A DNA stretch of 51,920 bases, from contig JAFSZS010000008.1 of NCBI GenBank assembly GCA_017455645.1, positions 1-51,920 on the forward strand, in the 5' to 3' direction. Both the position numbers and the translations under genes were made by a program. The number at the start of each line of letters is the position of its first letter. Positions within the stretch are counted from its first letter, which is position 1. The stretch is from Selenomonadaceae bacterium (GTDB lineage Bacteria > Bacillota > Negativicutes > Selenomonadales > Selenomonadaceae). The notes beneath the pieces were generated by a model. It was not told the origin of the DNA. It made no database searches and worked only from the letters and a program-made list of their open reading frames with translations. This document shows, in pieces, positions 18,198-26,073 of this stretch.

Positions 18198-18938
18198 TTA
18201 GGGCGAAAAAATTTTTAACCCCAATTCTTCAGCGAAATTTAAAGCAACGCCGAAATTCGCTCCCACAGCCTCTACAACGTGCGCATCCGAGCCTATAGTG
18301 ATAAATGTACCCCCGAGCTCTTTGAAGCGTTTGTAGACCGGCTCAAGCCCCTTTACGGCGGTTTTTTGAGCAAGTCGTCGAGTGTTAAGTTCCAAAATTT
18401 TTCCGCGCTCCACAATTATTTTCAAAACTTCGTCAATTTCCGGCTTGAAAGTTTGGTACTCAATATCAGAATTTGGATAGGGCGCAGTTCGGCAAATATA
18501 ATCAATGTGCCCCAAAACGTCAAAATCTGCAACGGCGGCTTCTTCTGCCATTACATTAAAATATTTTCGATACGCAGTCAATTTATCCTTGTCAGCAAAA
18601 AATTCCGGGTTGTAAATATCAATATCGTCTACCACGTGAATTGAGCCAATAATTAAATCAAATTTCGCCTGCGCGAGGAAATTTTTATTCTGCATTCGCG
18701 CAGATTTTCTTAAGCCAATTTCGACGCCCAATTTAACTTTTTCACTGCGAAATTTTTTGTATTCATTCATATAATCGACGGGATTAAAAGTAAAATCAAT
18801 ATCGCCGGGTAAATCGTAATCGAAATGCTCGGTAAAAATTATCCCCAAATTTAAACTTTCTGCGCGGTTAATTGCGTCCGCCGCCAACATTTCTGAATCA
18901 GCCGAAAATTTTGTATGGCTGTGACTGTCAAAAATCAT
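18198..18938 (-). CDS. PHP-family histidinol-phosphatase-like protein (HisJ/HisK family)
   Basis: ORF 18198..19142. The upstream 68 codons overlap rpe. The internal ATG at 18938 gives MIFDSHSHTKFSADSE (PHP metal-binding motif) and lies 4 nt after the rpe stop. Confidence 0.7.
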   Translation of the reverse strand: MIFDSHSHTKFSADSEMLAADAINRAESLNLGIIFTEHFDYDLPGDIDFTFNPVDYMNEYKKFRSEKVKLGVEIGLRKSARMQNKNFLAQAKFDLIIGSIHVVDDIDIYNPEFFADKDKLTAYRKYFNVMAEEAAVADFDVLGHIDYICRTAPYPNSDIEYQTFKPEIDEVLKIIVERGKILELNTRRLAQKTAVKGLEPVYKRFKELGGTFITIGSDAHVVEAVGANFGVALNFAEELGLKIFSP

Positions 18939-18942
18939 TTGT

Positions 18943-19629
18943 TTAATCCTCGTCGTGGTGATGGTGGTGATGATGAATTTCCTTGCCGCGAATATCTTTA
19001 ATCGCCTGTGCAACGTCAGCCGCGCCGTAAATTGCCGAACCTGCAACCAAAATATTTGCGCCGGCTTCACGTACAAGAACGGAAGTTTCAGCGTTAATCC
19101 CGCCGTCAACTTGAATATCGCAATCTGTTTCCATTTCTTCAATCATATGATACAGCATGTGAATTTTGCCGAGCTGCGACTCAATAAATTTTTGCCCCGC
19201 GTAGCCGGGATTTACAGTCATAACCAAAATCATATCTGCATCTTCAACAAGTTCTTCAATCATTGAAAGGGAAGTACCGGGATTCATTGCAACTCCCGCC
19301 TTGCAGCCGAGTTCGTGAATTTGCTGAATAATTCTGTGCGGGTGTTTAGCCGTCTCAACGTGAAAAGTAATAATATCTGCGCCCGCGTCTGCGAAAGATT
19401 TTAACTGCGTTTCGGGGTGTTCAACCATTAAATGCACGTCAAAAATTAAATCAGAAACTTTTCTTAAAGATTTTACAACTGGCGCGCCAATGGTAATTTC
19501 CGGTACAAAAGTCCCGTCCATTACGTCAATATGAATATATTCTGCGCCCGCCTCCTTGACTTTTTTTAATTCGTCTGCCAAATGTGCAAAATCCGCCGAA
19601 AGTATCGAAGGTGCTATTTTTGTTGACAT
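18943..19629 (-). CDS. rpe: Ribulose-phosphate 3-epimerase with a C-terminal His7-DED tail
   Basis: 228 aa. Motifs IAPSILSADF, HIDVMDGTFVP, DVHLMV, MTVNPGYAGQKF and VDGGI are present. The protein ends ...GKEIHHHHHHHDED. Confidence 0.9.
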   Translation of the reverse strand: MSTKIAPSILSADFAHLADELKKVKEAGAEYIHIDVMDGTFVPEITIGAPVVKSLRKVSDLIFDVHLMVEHPETQLKSFADAGADIITFHVETAKHPHRIIQQIHELGCKAGVAMNPGTSLSMIEELVEDADMILVMTVNPGYAGQKFIESQLGKIHMLYHMIEEMETDCDIQVDGGINAETSVLVREAGANILVAGSAIYGAADVAQAIKDIRGKEIHHHHHHHDED

Positions 19630-19653
19630 TTTGAAAAACTCCTTTATTTTTTA

Positions 19654-19724
19654 GGGTTAAAGGGATAAAGGGTTATAGGGATTAAAATTTTTTCTATGCC
19701 CTATTCCCTATATCCCTATATCCC
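19654..19724. repeat. G-arm / C-arm inverted repeat of the GGGATATA family (REP-like hairpin)
   Basis: Plus-strand GGG runs start at 19654, 19662, 19670 and 19678. CCC runs start at 19699, 19706, 19714 and 19722. The arms are imperfectly complementary. The C-arm overlaps the last ~9 codons and the stop of the MFS gene. Confidence 0.8.
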
Positions 19725-21055
19725 TGAAATTCAATTTCTTCAAGTGATTTTTGTTTACTTTCAATACCCAATCCAAGTACAATCGCCGAAATTATGACGA
19801 ATACCGAGGCAAACATTGCAAAAATCCAATTCATTTCCACGCCGTTAGCCAAAAGTACGCCAACCAACATTGGAGCCAACATTCCGCCAATCCTGCCGAA
19901 TCCTGCCGCCCAACCGGAACCTAACGCACGAATTGAAGTTGGATAAAGTTCAGGCGTATAAGTATAAATGACACCCCACGCGCCCAAATTGAAGAAACTC
20001 ATTGCTGCACCCCACATTAACAGCGAATTTGGATCCGCCGCGTTGCCGAAAAAGTAACTGCATACGCCCGACATTAACAGGAAAAGCGATAATGTGTATC
20101 TGCGCCCGATGACGTCAACAAGCCAAGCCGCCGCGTAATAACCCGGCAACTGCGCAAGCGTCATTACCAAAACATATTCAAAAGTTTTTACAACTGCGAA
20201 GCCCTGCGCGAAAACGATTGAAGGCAACCACATAAAAATCCCGTAGTAACTATAGACAATTCCGAACCACGCAAGCCAGAGCATAATTGTCCGCGTGCGA
20301 AATTGCGGCGACCATAAACTGGAAAATTTCGGTTGTGCGGTTTTTTCGGAGCCTAATTCGGCAGGGGATAATTTTTCTGCGAACGGCTCACTTTTTACCA
20401 ATAATTTTTTCTCCAAGTCTAAAATTATTTCCTTTGCCTCGTCAATTTTATTTTTTGAAATTAAGTAGCGAATTGACTCGGGCATGTGCATTCTGATTAA
20501 GAAAACGTAAAGCGCAGGAGCCGCGCCAATCCAAAAAGCAATTTGCCATCCGAATTTTGGAATTAATAAATATGAAATGCACGCGGCAACAAGCCAGCCT
20601 AAGCCCCAAAAACTTTCCAGCAAAACAATAAATCTGCCGCGTAAATGTGAAGGCGCGTATTCGCTCATTAAAGTTGCAGCAACCGGCAATTCGCCGCCCA
20701 AGCCGAATCCTACCAAAAATCTGAAAAACAGTAAACTTTCGTAGCTCCACGCAACCGCGCAAAGTCCCGTTGAAACGCTGTACAAAATTACCGTCGCCGC
20801 AAAAACTTTCTTGCGCCCCAATCTGTCAGCAACTGTACCGGCTAAAACCGCGCCCAACGCCATACCGATTAAGCCGATACTGCCTATCCAGCCGACTTGC
20901 TCCGGCGTCAAGCCCCATTCTTTCGCAAGAACCGGCAATACGAATGAAATTAATCCCGTGTCCATTGAATCGAACAACCAGCCCAAGCCCGTTACAACCA
21001 GCAATTTGTAATGAAATGAACCCACGGGCAAATTTTCAAGCCGCTCCAATATCAA
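19694..21055 (-). CDS. MFS transporter (metabolite/sugar:H+ symporter type)
   Basis: 453 aa with 12 predicted TM helices and the MFS loop motif DRLGRKKVF. A TTG start is preceded by AGGGGGA. Confidence 0.8.
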   Translation of the reverse strand: MILERLENLPVGSFHYKLLVVTGLGWLFDSMDTGLISFVLPVLAKEWGLTPEQVGWIGSIGLIGMALGAVLAGTVADRLGRKKVFAATVILYSVSTGLCAVAWSYESLLFFRFLVGFGLGGELPVAATLMSEYAPSHLRGRFIVLLESFWGLGWLVAACISYLLIPKFGWQIAFWIGAAPALYVFLIRMHMPESIRYLISKNKIDEAKEIILDLEKKLLVKSEPFAEKLSPAELGSEKTAQPKFSSLWSPQFRTRTIMLWLAWFGIVYSYYGIFMWLPSIVFAQGFAVVKTFEYVLVMTLAQLPGYYAAAWLVDVIGRRYTLSLFLLMSGVCSYFFGNAADPNSLLMWGAAMSFFNLGAWGVIYTYTPELYPTSIRALGSGWAAGFGRIGGMLAPMLVGVLLANGVEMNWIFAMFASVFVIISAIVLGLGIESKQKSLEEIEFQGYRDIGNRA

Positions 21056-21185
21056 TTTGAGTTCCCCCTTGTAAAATTAAAACCAATAAATCAAATATCG
21101 ATATATTTTAAGGTGTAAATTGTAAAGCAGAATTATACTTTTGGCAAGCGTTAAAAATTTTCTCAAATTGAACGGAGGCTTGATT

Positions 21186-23147
21186 ATGGATAATTATGAC
21201 GATACAGAAAATTTGGCAGTCGGAATAGATTTAGGTACAAGCAATTCAACCGTTGCGTACTTTCAAAATGGCGAATGTCATTTTCTGAAAATCCACGGTA
21301 AAAATTTTCTTTCGTCGGTTATATATTTTGCTGAAACTAAATGGATTTACGGCGAAAATGCTTTAAATTTCGGCAGTGCATACCCCGACGCGCTTTTTAA
21401 AAATTTTAAACTTTGCATTGGGGAAAAATCGCCGCAAATTTTTAAGGTAAAACCTGCCGCCGCCAAAACTAAGTATAAGTATATCATAGACGCAAATATT
21501 TTTATTGAATCGCCGTTTATCTTGGAAAAATTCGGCGAGGACGCAGAAATTATAATTCCAAAAATCGTAATTGAAGAATTGGAATACAAAAAAATTTTTC
21601 CTGAAACTGCCGACGAAGCCGAACTTGCTTTACAATCTATCGAAGAATATAAAAATATTATTTCGTTTGAAGATTCACATTTGGAACTTCTGAAAAATTC
21701 TTGCCTCAAAAATAATGCCAACGCCCTTTATCAAATTTTAAGCGTAGCACTCAGGCACGACGCCGCCGATACTGTTTTAATTTCCAATGATAAAATTCTT
21801 GCCAAAAAATCTGCCGATTTGACGCACAAATTTAAAATTCAAAATTATGCAATGTTCAACCTTTACCACAGAATAATTCAAAATATCAGCCACAAAGGCG
21901 AATTTCAAATTACCGGCAAAGACGCCGCCGCAATTTTTCTGCAACACCTGCGCGAAGAAATTTGCAAAAAAATAGGTTACGTCAGCAAGGCGGTTATTAC
22001 CGTGCCGCAGGAATTTTCGCCAATACAATACAACGAAATTAAAGACGCCGGTTTTACCGCCGGTTTTACTGAAATAGAATTGCAAACAGAACCAATAGCC
22101 GCGGCTGTTGCGTACGGAATGGAATTAATGGAAGATGCAATTATTTTGGTTTACGATTTCGGCGGCGGGACTTTTGACGTTTCAATTTTGAAAATTTCCG
22201 GCAATAATTTTACCCGCGTATCTTCGGGCGGCGATTCAAAATTGGGCGGCGAAAATTTTACTCAAGCAATTATCGAAGACTTCAAAGAAAAATTAATGGA
22301 CGCTGAAATTTTGGATATGTTCGACGAAGAAAATTCGGGGCTCTCGCACGAAGAATTTGCACAAAATAATTTTAAAATCTGGAAGGCTTGCGAAAATATC
22401 AAGTGCAATTTGTCTGAAACTCAAAACGAAAGTGAAACCATTCCGCTTTACGTGCGCCCTGGGCAAATTGAAGAAGTTGAATACAATCTTTCACGGGCTG
22501 AATTTGAAAATCTTACCGCCGAACTTATAGTAAAATCCAGAAAAGCCCTGGACCTTACTTTACAGCGTGCCAATTTGAAACGCGGCGATATTGACGTTGT
22601 AATTATGGCGGGCGGAACTTCTTTAATCCCTTGCATTGGTAATTTTGTCAGACAATATTTCGGTAAACAGCCGTATTCTGATAAAAATCCTGCTACTCTA
22701 ATTGCGGAAGGTGCCGCGTTTCTTGCAGATTTAAAATGGAATGACAATTCAACTTCCAATATTGAAATTTTCAATAAAACTATGACTGATTTGGGCGTTG
22801 CAGTCAAAGGGCATATTTTCAACGTGATAATTCCGGCTAATTCTGAATTGCCCATAGCCAAGGAAAGAGTTTATTTTCTGCAACGGGACGAACAAACAGA
22901 ATTGCTTATCGAAATTTTTACTCGTGATGAAGGCAGCAACGCAACACGAATTTTTGACAGCAGTATAAAATGTATTGGGCAGGTACAAATTTCAAACTTG
23001 CCGCCGCTGAAAAAAGACGAAGTTAGTATTTGGGTAAATTTCAGTTTGTCGCCGGAATATGAATTGGAAGTTGAAATTAATTTGAAAGATAATCAGGGCT
23101 TGGAAATTGAACAGGCGCAAGCTGTAATTAATTTGCTTGGAATTTAG
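21186..23147 (+). CDS. Hsp70/DnaK-like ATPase (lidless) with a PIN-like domain inserted in the nucleotide-binding domain
   Basis: ORF 21141..23147. GGAGG at 21174-21178 favours ATG 21186 as the start (653 aa). Hsp70 motifs VGIDLGTSNSTVAY, AVITVPQEF, EPIAAAVAYG, VYDFGGGTFDVSIL, LGGENF and VIMAGGTSLIP are present. The C-terminus is a beta-rich SBD-like region (DLGVAV...IIPANSELP). Confidence 0.85.
   Translation: MDNYDDTENLAVGIDLGTSNSTVAYFQNGECHFLKIHGKNFLSSVIYFAETKWIYGENALNFGSAYPDALFKNFKLCIGEKSPQIFKVKPAAAKTKYKYIIDANIFIESPFILEKFGEDAEIIIPKIVIEELEYKKIFPETADEAELALQSIEEYKNIISFEDSHLELLKNSCLKNNANALYQILSVALRHDAADTVLISNDKILAKKSADLTHKFKIQNYAMFNLYHRIIQNISHKGEFQITGKDAAAIFLQHLREEICKKIGYVSKAVITVPQEFSPIQYNEIKDAGFTAGFTEIELQTEPIAAAVAYGMELMEDAIILVYDFGGGTFDVSILKISGNNFTRVSSGGDSKLGGENFTQAIIEDFKEKLMDAEILDMFDEENSGLSHEEFAQNNFKIWKACENIKCNLSETQNESETIPLYVRPGQIEEVEYNLSRAEFENLTAELIVKSRKALDLTLQRANLKRGDIDVVIMAGGTSLIPCIGNFVRQYFGKQPYSDKNPATLIAEGAAFLADLKWNDNSTSNIEIFNKTMTDLGVAVKGHIFNVIIPANSELPIAKERVYFLQRDEQTELLIEIFTRDEGSNATRIFDSSIKCIGQVQISNLPPLKKDEVSIWVNFSLSPEYELEVEINLKDNQGLEIEQAQAVINLLGI
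21477..21860 (+). other. PIN-like (PhoH/YlaK-type) nuclease domain insert within the first Hsp70
   Basis: The insert reads YKYIIDANIFIESPFILEKFGEDAEIIIPKIVIEELEYKK ... LYQILSVALRHDAADTVLISNDKILAKKSADL. The pattern hhDxNhh / hIPxxVhEELD / hhh(S/T)xDxxLxxKA matches PIN domains. The three paralogues have no such insert. Confidence 0.65.
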
Positions 23148-23159
23148 GAGGAAAATTTT

Positions 23160-23777
23160 ATGGAAGATTATAACCCCGCAGAAGCTGAAAAATTGCTAAA
23201 TGACTTGAAAAATTTTTGCCTGTCAAATGGAGTTATTTTGGTTGAAAAAATTTCCGGCGAAGATAAAATTTTTGAAATTCAAACTGACAAACCAGCTTTT
23301 TACCTTGATATTAAATCTTTGGACGACGCCGCAAAACTCAACGAAATTTTAAAAGAGCACTTAGACACCTTGAAATCAGACAAAAAAATTTTTCTGCAGA
23401 ATCACAGCAAAATTGAGGAAAATATTTATAAAACAATCGACAGTATCAATTTAAGCCGCGCCCAAAAATTTATCGACAGTGGGCTGAAAAAATTTTTGAG
23501 TCAATATAAAACTGTTGAAGAATTACGCGAGGTGGCGGGGCAAATTTACGGCGATTTTATCAAGAGCCAATTAATCGACAGCTTTATTTCAAAATTGTAT
23601 GGCGAATTGAAAAAAAATCCCGGCGTTACTGCGTATATTTATATTGTTCGCAAATTTAATCAAATGTTTGCAGAATTGGGAATTACGGCGGTTGAGAGCA
23701 GCAGCGGGATTGTTTACAAGTTCAAGGAAAATTCCGGCGAAAAATTCATTGCCGAAGTAAAGGCGGGGGGCAAATAA
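23160..23777 (+). CDS. Hypothetical protein, partner 1 of the Hsp70 operon (205 aa, helical)
   Basis: AGGAGG lies 7 nt upstream of the ATG. The stop overlaps the next start (TAATG). No recognised motif. Confidence 0.6.
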   Translation: MEDYNPAEAEKLLNDLKNFCLSNGVILVEKISGEDKIFEIQTDKPAFYLDIKSLDDAAKLNEILKEHLDTLKSDKKIFLQNHSKIEENIYKTIDSINLSRAQKFIDSGLKKFLSQYKTVEELREVAGQIYGDFIKSQLIDSFISKLYGELKKNPGVTAYIYIVRKFNQMFAELGITAVESSSGIVYKFKENSGEKFIAEVKAGGK

Positions 23778-25282
23778 TGGCGTTATTTTTGGGAATTGAC
23801 TTTGGCACTTCAACAAATATGGTAACTTACTGGAATGAAGATAAAAAGCGCGCCGAGCCAATTTATTTGGGAGAGTACGGCGAAGCGGGATATTTTGCAA
23901 ATGTAATTTACTATGAATCTGAAAATAACATAATTGTTGGCGATGTTGCCTTGGCAAAGGGCAATTCAGATTTTTATAACGCTGTATTTTCTATTAAGCG
24001 GCGTTTGGAAAGTTCGGATTTTCGGCAGTACATACCAAATTTAAATCGGAGTCTCGGCACTGAAGAAATTGTGGCTGATATATTTTCTTGGATTAAAAAA
24101 AATGTTGAAATGAAATTTGGCGGGCAAAGTATTGACGGCGTGGTTATCAGCGTACCTTTTGCCTTTCAAAATACCGAACGTGAACGCATTAAAATTGCCG
24201 CTCGTCGCGCAGGGTTGCCGGTTTTAGGTTTGATTGAGGAACCGGTGGCGGCGGCGTTAAGTTTTGGGCTTTTTGAGGATGTCAAAAAATTGAAGGCTGA
24301 AAAAATTTTAGTCTTCGATTTAGGCGGCGGCACTTTCGACGTTACCATTTTTGAATTTTTAAAACAATCTGCCAAAAATTTTAAAATCCTCGTGCTTACC
24401 ACAGACGGCGAAAAGCAACTGGGCGGTATTGATATTGACGATGTACTTGTTAAAAAATTTCTGGAACAACTGAAGGCTGATTATCCTGATTATAATTTGG
24501 AAGCCGTCAGCACTGAAGAACAAGAAAAAGAAATTTTCAGCCTGCGCCAATTTGCCATTGACGTTAAAGAAAATTTGAGTGCTGAAGAAGAGTATGATTC
24601 ACTTTTTGAGAGCAGACTTGGAACGCAATATTTTTTGGAAAAAAATTTTACACGTGAAGAATTTGAAAATTATCTGCGCGAATTTTTGAATGAAATTGAA
24701 AATGTCCTTGACAGTACTTTAAGCGGGGCAGATTTGGAGCCGCAAGATATTGACAGAATAATAATGGTCGGCGGCACAAGTAATATCCCGGCGATTAATG
24801 AAAAAGTGCGTCAATATTTCGGCAAAGCTCCAGAAAAAATTGAGGATTTGGAAACAATGGTAGGCAGAGGCGCGGGGCTTTATTGCGGCTTAAAGTACGT
24901 TGAAAAAAATTTCGATTTTGATATTGCCGTTGGAATAAGCAAAACTACCGGCATTAAGTGGCGCGGAAAATTTCTTGAAATGTTGCCCAGAAATACTTTG
25001 TACGGTACGCCCTCCGAAGTTAAAATTTTGCAACTGCCCCAAAGTACAAAAGTTATAAAAATTCCGGTCGTACAAGGCAACAGTATAACAAATGTAAAAA
25101 TCGGCAGTGTAATTGTTACGCCCGAAATTCTTTCAAAATTAATTAACGGCAGAATCGGCGTCAAATTAAATACTGACGCAAATACCGGCACGATAAGCTA
25201 CGAACTTTATAAAATCGTTCTATTTAAAAATCAGTTACTGCCGGATAAAATTTTGAGCAAAGGCAATATAGGAGATGACTAA
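23777..25282 (+). CDS. Hsp70/DnaK-like ATPase, lidless (paralogue 2)
   Basis: 501 aa. Motifs LGIDFGTSTNMVTY, VVISVPFAF, EPVAAALSFG, VFDLGGGTFDVTIF, LGGIDID and IIMVGGTSNIP are present. Confidence 0.85.
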   Translation: MALFLGIDFGTSTNMVTYWNEDKKRAEPIYLGEYGEAGYFANVIYYESENNIIVGDVALAKGNSDFYNAVFSIKRRLESSDFRQYIPNLNRSLGTEEIVADIFSWIKKNVEMKFGGQSIDGVVISVPFAFQNTERERIKIAARRAGLPVLGLIEEPVAAALSFGLFEDVKKLKAEKILVFDLGGGTFDVTIFEFLKQSAKNFKILVLTTDGEKQLGGIDIDDVLVKKFLEQLKADYPDYNLEAVSTEEQEKEIFSLRQFAIDVKENLSAEEEYDSLFESRLGTQYFLEKNFTREEFENYLREFLNEIENVLDSTLSGADLEPQDIDRIIMVGGTSNIPAINEKVRQYFGKAPEKIEDLETMVGRGAGLYCGLKYVEKNFDFDIAVGISKTTGIKWRGKFLEMLPRNTLYGTPSEVKILQLPQSTKVIKIPVVQGNSITNVKIGSVIVTPEILSKLINGRIGVKLNTDANTGTISYELYKIVLFKNQLLPDKILSKGNIGDD

Positions 25283-25284
25283 AA

Positions 25285-26070
25285 ATGGCAACCAACCGCG
25301 GAAAAAATTCTTCTCAATATAATCAAGGAAATTTATGGTCAGAGGATTTTATTCCAATGAATGAAACAGAATTTCGTACCAGATTTGAATCCATTGACAA
25401 AAATTTGTTGACACTTGCAGAAAAAATAAAAGAGTTGCTGGATAAATTTAACGCGCCCAAAAAAGGCAGTAAAGCTCAAGAAATTTTGGAACAGTTGGAA
25501 AATTTGTCGGCGAAAATTGACAGTTTACCTAAATTTCAGGAAAAAAATCCCGTGTCAAATGACATTCCACAAGATGAAAAAATTATTGAAGAATTGGCTG
25601 AATACGGCGAAAAAATTATGCACCTTTTGGCAATAGCCGCCCGTTGTTACTCCCGCAAATTGCCGGAATTAAAAAAACATCAAGAAGATATTAAAAATAT
25701 CAATGACGCTAAAGAAAAAGAAAAAATTCAAGCCGAAAAAAAAGCCGAGGAACGCGGGCGTAAAGCCGTAATTAAAGACCTGCTTAATCTCTACAGTGAT
25801 ATTCACAACCATTCGGTACTTGCAACTTTTTTGGAAAATCAGGGCGTTGAAAAGCGTTACGAAATTAACGAAGAATTGGAAATTATCGAAAATAATATCA
25901 GAGAGTTGGAAACTTATATTGCTGAATTGCAAATTGGCAAAATTATTATCACTGCACCGGCGTATATTTTCGATGGTGAAGTAATAGCCAGGGCAACCTA
26001 CAAATTCGCGCAGGAAGATTCAACCGCCCAAAATTCGCAGGAAGATTCAGCCGCCCCAAAGGAAGTGTAA
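25285..26070 (+). CDS. Coiled-coil protein, partner 2 (possible GrpE-like exchange factor)
   Basis: 261 aa. It has a long charged helical region (KEKEKIQAEKKAEERGRKAVIKDLLNLY). The C-terminus QGVEKRYEI ... APAYIFDGEVIARATYKFA is reminiscent of the GrpE segments GVExI ... KGYxLxGRxIRxAxVxVA. The resemblance was judged by eye only. Confidence 0.55.
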   Translation: MATNRGKNSSQYNQGNLWSEDFIPMNETEFRTRFESIDKNLLTLAEKIKELLDKFNAPKKGSKAQEILEQLENLSAKIDSLPKFQEKNPVSNDIPQDEKIIEELAEYGEKIMHLLAIAARCYSRKLPELKKHQEDIKNINDAKEKEKIQAEKKAEERGRKAVIKDLLNLYSDIHNHSVLATFLENQGVEKRYEINEELEIIENNIRELETYIAELQIGKIIITAPAYIFDGEVIARATYKFAQEDSTAQNSQEDSAAPKEV

Positions 26071-26073
26071 ATT

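Noticed and set aside
18955-18975. The His7 run as an artificial affinity tag or vector contamination.
   Set aside because: The codons are mixed CAT/CAC and DED follows rather than an immediate stop. There are no linker or vector sequences. The gene is embedded in normal operon context, with the next gene starting 4 nt downstream.
18939-19142. The 68-codon N-terminal extension of the PHP phosphatase ORF.
   Set aside because: The extension lies entirely inside the rpe coding sequence in another frame. The conserved PHP N-terminus MIFDSHSHT starts at the internal ATG at 18938, 4 nt after the rpe stop.
21056-21185. A promoter for the Hsp70 operon in the divergent intergenic region.
   Set aside because: A TATACT hexamer is present at 21134-21139, but no acceptable -35 box lies at 16-18 nt and there is no extended -10 TG. 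I could not support a specific call.
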